A stretch of DNA of 57,606 nt, filler included, from Sphacelaria rigidula (lineage: Eukaryota): assembly GCA_964200075.2 (NCBI GenBank). It is 6 parts of 6 records of this genome, joined end to end, with 100 filler letters (N's around TTAATTAATTAA, not from the genome) between each part and the next. Parts side by side here need not be neighbours in the genome. Positions count along the whole stretch, not along the records: positions 48,091 to 57,606 come from CAXNAA020008314.1; 5 more parts are not named here. One strand, 5' to 3'. Positions 50,634-57,606 of this stretch are shown here, one piece after another. Every line of letters begins with the position of its first letter. Positions within the stretch are counted from its first letter, which is position 1. The translations under genes were made by a program, and so were the position numbers. The notes beneath the pieces are model-generated. The model ran no database searches, had not been told where the DNA came from, and worked only from the letters and a program-made list of their open reading frames with translations.

Positions 50634-51059
50634 GAAAGTTGGTCGTGGGGGTTCAATCCCCGTCACTTTCACTCCGAGGAGGGCGACGCCCCTTGCCAGC
50701 ACTCTATCGACTGCCATCAAGACCTCTAGTATTGTCGCTTTCACCGTATCCTAGTAGAGTTACTTGTCTCCCCCACTCATTCCAAGAGTGTGTGCACTGG
50801 GGTCCTTAGCAGTACACTCCAAACATAGCCGCCAGGCTATACCGCACCCTTTTCCTTTTGGGCCAATTTTTTACAGAGGTTTTTTCTCCTTGGGGCCAAT
50901 TTTTTATCAGAGGTTTTATCTCCTCTATTTCTTCAAAGAAAGTGAGTCCGACGGGAATCGAACCAGCGACCAACTTTTGTGGCGGTTTAAGAGACAACCA
51001 ACTAGACTACTGACCTAGTCAGCGCTGACTGGTCAGTGATCTAGTTGGTTGTCTCTTAA
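50634..51059 (-). mobile_element. tRNA-derived SINE-like repeat with inverted tRNA-like heads
   Basis: Minus strand has A-box TAGTCTAGTTGG (~50998-51009) and B-box GGTTCGATTCCC (~50953-50964). Plus strand has a B-box-like GGTTCAATCCCC (~50650). A hairpin duplication spans 50987-51059. Confidence 0.55.
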
Positions 51060-51191
51060 CTCGTCGCAGGTCACGCCCAATCCGAGCCGATCACGTAAAC
51101 GTTGACCGTTTCACGCTTGCATAAACTCAGTTGTTCAGCTGGATACGAACGCCGTTCCTGTCGTTTGCCGTCATTTTAGTTTTCAAACATC

Positions 51192-52190
51192 GCAGGTCGT
51201 GGTGAATGGTGCATCATTGACTTCGGCTGTCGGGCTGGCAATTCCACGAAACGACAACCAATGCTTATCCTCCACCAGGCGAACGACATCACCCTTCTCG
51301 TGACCATACCCATGTTGGCTTTCAAGAAGATATCGGGTGCGTGGAAACGTGGACAGAGGATTGTGTTCTCAGCCGTAGATTTCATCCGCCCCTAAATGCT
51401 GCAGCTGCATAATGCTTTGCGCGCTTTTTCGCCGTCTCACTCGGACGCCCTGTCCCTGACGGTGGGCGAGATCAACATCGTGTGAACGTCCCTGCTGACG
51501 GCTGCGGTTCGGACGGTGGCCGTGGACACCGAAGATGTTCAATGGAGAACAGCTGCTTGAAAAAGAAGTGCAATTCCTCGTCCTTCCCGTATATGCCATG
51601 TAGGTTCGTTGACAACGAGTGGAACACTCAAATTCTCCGGAGGTCCGCAGGAAAAGAGCTCACATATGTGTACCTCAATACCGCGGAGCAAGTCCGGAAA
51701 GCAACAACAGCTGTCATCGTTTCCCGGACTTGCTCCGCGCTTTTGAGGTGAACGTACGTCAGCTTGTCGCCCGCGACCCTCGAGAGATGTCGGGTATCCC
51801 ACTCGTTGTCAACAATCCCTGATGATTTATACGGGCACGACGAGGAATATATACTCTCGTTGAATGAGAGCGTTGCTCGCCCCCCAGCTACTCGTACCTT
51901 TTCATACGAAAAGCGCAGCTGAGCTGTGGCTGCTGCCTCACTTTCCCCTCGGTGTTGGCGCCAAGGTAAGGACATTGCGTTCTCGGTAGCACTAGAACGA
52001 GACCCTAGCTCATGGGTGAGAACCCAGGCCCGAATGGCATGGTCTCAACTAGCTGAACCGCAATCTGCTCCCGTGGAAATTTTGTGTCTATGTCCTGAGT
52101 AGGTGAATGTGCTTTTTGCGCACGGGCTTCTTCGCCTGAAGCAATCCTGCAGAGGCCGGCTATTTCTAGTTCCATTTCGTCATTTATTTT
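51192..52190. pseudogene. Two convergent paralogous gene fragments (+ 51192-51710; - 52190-51711) fused at ACAGCTGT
   Basis: Plus strand: VDNEWNTQILRRSAGKELTYVYLNTAEQVRKATT. Minus strand: VDNEWDTRHLSRVAGDKLTYVHLKSAEQVRETMT. Confidence 0.7.
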
Positions 52191-52994
52191 CCATTCGGGG
52201 CGATTTCATTATCACATTTCCTCTTTGCTGAAATCGTTTTTTTCAGTCCTCCTCCGCTGCTTTCTTTTCCTTTTCCTGCTTAGTTTTGTTCTCGTTCCTG
52301 TTTTCGATTCTGTTCTCCTTATACTCTCTTCTCTCTTCCTGTTTTCTCCATTCTTCTTCCCCGTGTTCAGCGAACATTTCTCCGTTACGTACCTTGGGTC
52401 TGTCCGTCTTGTGGCCACGACTACGTCCCTCTGGAACCACGTGATATGCGACAATCAATCAACTAGATCAATCAGCACATGGATATGGCTTGCTTAACTT
52501 GTAGGAGAGCACGACGTGGACGCTGTATTGTATACTACGCTTGACAACGTTGCCCATAGGCGAAGGTGTACCAAAACATTCAAGCGCTGGACACAAACAG
52601 GATCCCTGTGCATGAGTTCGGCAAACGTTCGAGTTCTTGGGTGTAGAGTAGCCATCTTGTTGGCTTTGGCTATCTGCAGTGTTACCTGGCGTCTGTGACC
52701 CGTACATGCTTTGGCTGCACGTGCGGTAACGACGAGCATTTGATAGTATCCGTACATCTGAAGCAAAAAAACTCTGCTGTAACCGCCTTCTTTTTCGTTT
52801 TTGCTCTTGGTCGTTGCCGTACTCTGGCGCATCGCCGATCGTCGCATCATCAGACCCTCCCAATCTATACCATCCAACACGCACAAACTCAGCGGAAAAG
52901 GTCGCAAAAGGACGAGACGGGAAAATGACGGCCTTTTTCACACCGAGATGAGGGGTTCATTGACTTCACAGTCAACAGGATTGGGGTGTAAGTA

Positions 52995-53225
52995 GACACT
53001 TTCTACGATAGCCCCCCCCCCAAAAACAACGGTCATACAGCGCCTGATGCTTGGGTTCATGCTGCATAAAACGCCTCAGATGGGCGACTTTGACGAGAAC
53101 AAACCCAAGCGTGGGAATTCCCAACTGCTCGTTGTGCTTGGCTTTTTCCATTTTGATTTACGTGAAGATTTTGCCTCCCCAAAGTAGCCACTTGTGGGGG
53201 GGAGGGGGCTATCGTAGAAAGTGTC
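52995..53225 (+). mobile_element. MITE family B (complete) with 4-bp AGTA TSD
   Basis: Same TIRs as 18307-18552. AGTA sits at 52991-94 and 53226-29. Confidence 0.93.
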
Positions 53226-53519
53226 AGTACGGAAACCGGGCAAATAAAATGGAGTAGACTGCCTTCGGAGGCCGGGACAGGGATTCGTGTGGAGGCATCG
53301 CAGGGGTCACGAGGGACTTCACTCAGACAGCAACCGACTACACAAGGTCAAGAACCGGTAAAACGCCACATGTCTGGTCCATCGCGTGGGGAGTTGTAGG
53401 GTGTTGTTGACTTCCCCTAATGTTCGTTACGGCGACAGTTACCCTTCCGCACCCCGCGTATCGCAACATCTTGCGCTTTTGCAATTAAAAAAATCAAACT
53501 TTAGAGTGTAGAGAGCCGT

Positions 53520-56500
53520 TAAGTGTATATATCGCCAAGCAACATGATCGGACACGTGGCGGAGTGTCTTGAGCACCCGGTGTCGCACGTTTGTGACTGC
53601 CCGTTCATCTGTGTGCTAGACGTTGTGTACGAAGCGATGTCGTGGAGATCCCATGCCCCTTTGCATCGGGCCTTTTGCCGGTCTCTTCGGATTCTTATGC
53701 ACCTCACTTTCGTTTTCTCGTAATGTCTGCAGGTCATCATACTTGCACTATCCGACTCGAAAAAAGGCCCCCGAAGTGGCGAAAAAAAACTCCAACTCGC
53801 CGCGGCGCTAGCCGTCATGGCCCAGGATATGCAAAATCTGGGGGAAAGAATTTCACACCCTGTTTCAGGACGCTGTGGACGCTGAGGAAAATCACCGGCC
53901 GTACACAACGTCTCCGTCGACCATCCCCTCCTCCCCATCCAACGCTGGTTGGGCGGAGAAAAGGCGTAAACTTGCTCACACGTAACAGCGCTCCCAAAAC
54001 TACAAGTCGCCTGAGCGAAGCGCCGCATCATAAGGGGCGGTACTTGCGATCCAGCGCTTAGAAAGATCGCCGTTGGCGACTCCGTGGGCGACCGCGAAGT
54101 AGGGATCACTTCGCGGGGAGTGTAGCGAGACATGGCGTCTAAGCACCTTGGTGTGAACCATGCCCTGTGCGGGGCCAGCACTTGCCCGCAGCAGTAGTCC
54201 ATCACATTCTCCTGTGTGACGCAAGGCCGGACAGCGCCCGCAGCAAATCCAACCCCGCCGCGCAGTCGCTAAAACACGCCGCTAAGAAACCCCCTGACAT
54301 GGTGAGGCGGAGATGGAAACGGCAGAATGTCGACCAAGCACTGATCGGACGGATCGATGGGAAAAGAATGACGGGCCTTCATGGTTTTGAGGGACTCACA
54401 GTCCGAAGGCGAAATTGATGGCGGGCTCGGGGACAACCACGAAGAGCAACAAGGGGGAAGCCCCGACCTTGCCGAGCCCGACGACGTAGGCAACACGGGG
54501 GAATAGCGGTCCACGAGGAAGCGTTATCTTCAGTGAAGTTCAGGGATGTTGCTGACGTTTGGCCGCACGCGGGTGCTGGGGTCGGTGCAGGGCCGAAGGA
54601 CGGCCGGGATGGCCGGCCCTTCAGAAATGTCATGTGTCGAGCATACACCTTGGTGGCGTAGGCAAGTGCTATTCCTGAACTCTTGCGCGTCGAAGAGGCC
54701 ATCAGTTGTCCGTATGCACTTTCGCAACGCCGTTGTGTTATCTGCCTGCTCTGTCCGGTCGTAAATCGATCAACTCCCGTGTTCGGCAGCGTGCTTAACA
54801 CTTTGAGCTCTGTCGTGATACAGTACTCTGTTGGGTGAAATATCGGCAGCTTACACTTCGTACCAGTACTCGATACACGAGTCTGGTGCGCCACGTAACA
54901 TTGAGTACTGCATTGGGATCGCACCACCTGCGATCGGCCGCCGAGGCGTTAACCATCTTGCACGCTTTCCTCACACGTCGCCTCTCCTGCAGCTCAGGCG
55001 TTTCCACTGTCATGCTCGCGGTTTTCCTGCCCATTTGGACTTCGAGCTATAGCACCACAAGAAGAGATCGCTGAGCGATGGCCGTACGTAGAAAGCCGAA
55101 AAGTCGAGACTCGCGATGTCAGGGAGTGTTTTCGCAAAAATGAACCATTGGAAGTCAAAAATTGATCACATATTCAATGCTGCGGTTGGACTGCACCTCT
55201 GAACAGCATCGATATCGGCCGCCGATCTCCCGAGACCACGGCGGACCCAACGCACACCCGCCGTCGGAAAGACCACCGCGCTTATCGGAAGGCGGCATGA
55301 GAGGCTTGCACATGCTGAGTGCATGTCAGAAGGTCCCAAGATGCAACCGAGATACAACTGAGATGCAAACGACGTGTGCCCAAGATTCTAGGGCGTGCAG
55401 CATCGCGCTCAAACACCTGCAATGGGAGGCGCGCATATTCACCAGTATCCTGACTGCCACAATTCAAGGTCTTTTTCACGCGTGCTCCTGGTTCCGCCTT
55501 GAGCGAGCATCAACAGTATGTGTCAACACTCAAGTGTCCTGTCTTTCTGACCCAGAGTGTCGCTTCTGGCACCACTTGCGCAATGCGGGTTAGCCACAAC
55601 AGTCGCCGCAACCTCATTCGTGGACGGATCGAGTCCGAAGCAAGCGCAGCGTGTGTGACTGGGTAAGAGCTATCGCGAGGGTTATCGAGCTTTGTCCGGA
55701 TTGCAGTGCAACTCTCTTGGTCAGCGTTTGAACCACTTGGATCGAATGTTGTGTTATTGATGATCGATATGGGCCGAGACATCATATATGTCCGGAGCAT
55801 ATTTACTGCCGGCGCCAGACGAAGATCTGAATAATCAAAATCTAAATCAATCCGATATCATGTCGATTTCGATTTCACAACTATTTTTTCTTGGCCGGAC
55901 ACAATCTCACGATATCCTCCTCCCTGGGATCTTTGTTGCGAGTTTCCCCGCCAAGAATTCCTTACTGCCGTGGATCTTTACGTGGGGCTGAATAATGCGT
56001 AGGTATCACCCTCGAACAAGGTACACCCAAGTCTTCACAGCAAAGCCGCTGTGAAGACTTGGGTGCATCTTTTTCGACGGCCCAACCTACGGATCGTTCA
56101 GCCCAACGTAAAAATCCACGGCAGCAAGGAAATCTTGGTGGGGTCACTTGCAAAAAAGATCGCGAGGAGGATGATAGCGTGAGAGTGTGTTGTCGGGACT
56201 TTCGGTGGATATACGCGCGTTACTCAAACTCTATTTGCCGCAGAGAGGTCAACAAGATCGCACTGTTTGGTTATTTATTGTCTGGGTCTGGTCTGGACTT
56301 CATTTCCCTCCATTAGCTTGCCAAAATCCAGGACAGTTGCAGGAGAAGAGCTGGGGAAAAGATGTGCAGTCAGCATCGATAATATCTCAATGAGCACAAA
56401 GTCACGAAGCAAGCGAAGCGTACTGCATACCTTTGAAAGGAAGTGGCGTTTTAGCACACGGGGTCGTACACGCAAGAGAGATACATTATCGCGTCAGCTG

Positions 56501-57100
56501 TCTGGTGCCGCGTGTGTAGAGTTCTTGGTTTTTTCCAGCGTCGTACCTCAACCACTCTCTGACGCGATACCGACTGTATCTGTATCGCAAGAAAGATTTG
56601 CCAGCGCTGACCAGCCAGTTGGCACCGTGCTTTTGATGTCTGCACGGCACCGATCAACGCGAGCCACCCAGAACAACAGCACGACAGTCTATAAAAGGGA
56701 GCCAGCAGCATTGATGCGGTTACAACCCTTTTCTCGGGTTATGTTCTGTCCGAGCAGCATGAAGCAACAACTTAACGACGATGATGGAGCTATCGTAAAT
56801 CATGCCCCGTATCCAAGGTCATGCAGGATATAGCAGCAAGCTAAGCGCAAATGGGGACTGCAACACCAACCCCGGCCACCGCAACCATGCCGCGGGCATG
56901 GGAACACTCAAACCAAACGTTGGGTACACTAACCCGTACGCCATTGGACACAGGATTCCTTGTGAGACCATCGTTGTCATGGATGTCATCCTGCCTCCGC
57001 ACGGTACGGTCATGCGGCTGCGGGCACCAGAAGACCGACGAAACCATGTGTGACGGAGTTGCTGAAATCAAGTTTGCACTATGAAATGTACTACGAAACG
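53520..57100 (+). mobile_element. Second decayed KDZ-like transposase region
   Basis: VPVLDTRVWCAT*H*VLHWD (CxC-like, ~54860-54920), VWCRVCRVLGFF (~56500) and WHRAFDVCTAPINASHPEQQHDSL (~56620-56692, like H..C..INS..EQ.NS.L). Many stops. Confidence 0.35.
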
Positions 57101-57228
57101 TAAAGGGACTGGTCGAAAATCGATATTGAATTACTCGGCAGTAGTGTTTGTACCAGAGGGCTACTGGGAAACGATTTCGGGACACGATGGCCCCACGATC
57201 GAAAACTTGGGTTTTTGAGGGGGGAATA

Positions 57229-57606
57229 GGGGGTGTACTCATGATCATGCATACCATAGTCATAAGACCATTGACCTCGCATCCCTACAACACCGGGACG
57301 GAGCACGCCGGGCTTTGGCCGGATCAGGCTCGCACTCAAACCACTAAGCGCGAAGCGCCGTGGTGTGTTCGGCGAGTCGCATAAATGGTTATCTGTACCC
57401 TGCTATGATTGTTCGGCCCGAAGCGTGCTGATTATGTTGTATTTGGGTGACAGCCTACGATGAGTTGCTTTATTATCTGGTGTCGCCACTTCCAGAGACA
57501 GCCATGGCTTAGACACTGCCTCGTGGGTGTCTCACCACTGGGAGTACTCATGTACTCATGATCATGCTTGCCATAGTCATATGACCATTGACCTCGCATC
57601 CCTACA
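57229..57606 (+). repeat. Dispersed modular repeat family A (tandem, runs off the contig end)
   Basis: The module GTACTCATGATCATGC..CCATAGTCATA.GACCATTGACCTCGCATCCCTACA occurs at 57235 and 57551. It matches 19433-19730. Confidence 0.9.

Overview
This is eukaryotic, repeat-saturated DNA with roughly balanced GC, GT-AG introns, microsatellites and TTAGGG-like tracts. Its style suggests a brown alga or another stramenopile, but that is inference only. The window is not one locus. It is six unrelated contigs (9519, 9518, 9518, 9518, 9517 and 9516 bp) sorted by size and joined by identical 100-bp N44-TTAATTAATTAA-N44 linkers. Contig 1 holds a decayed, intron-containing KDZ/Zisupton-like DNA transposon with Ulp1-like, SWIM-like, CxC-like and transposase-like motifs. 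Contig 2 holds a large decayed Ty3/gypsy element with a candidate 5' LTR/PBS, a nested tRNA-derived SINE and an in-frame 234-bp duplication. Contig 3 holds four phase-0 exons of an unidentified minus-strand host gene among MITEs. Contig 4 holds a decayed RTE-like LINE, a 1.4-kb foldback repeat that captured a LINE RT fragment, and a gypsy PR-RT fragment. Contig 5 holds a gypsy element that has protease and integrase but no RT/RNase H, and whose integrase ends in a chromodomain-like plus Tudor-like tandem. Contig 6 holds hAT-like and KDZ-like relics, tRNA-derived hairpins and a spacerless head-on fusion of two paralogous coding sequences. No prokaryotic systems, CRISPR arrays or intact RNA genes are visible. 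The best candidates for something new are the chromo+Tudor integrase, the Ulp1-carrying KDZ-like element and the paralog hairpin. All protein family calls come from recognising motifs by eye, mostly in degenerate frames.
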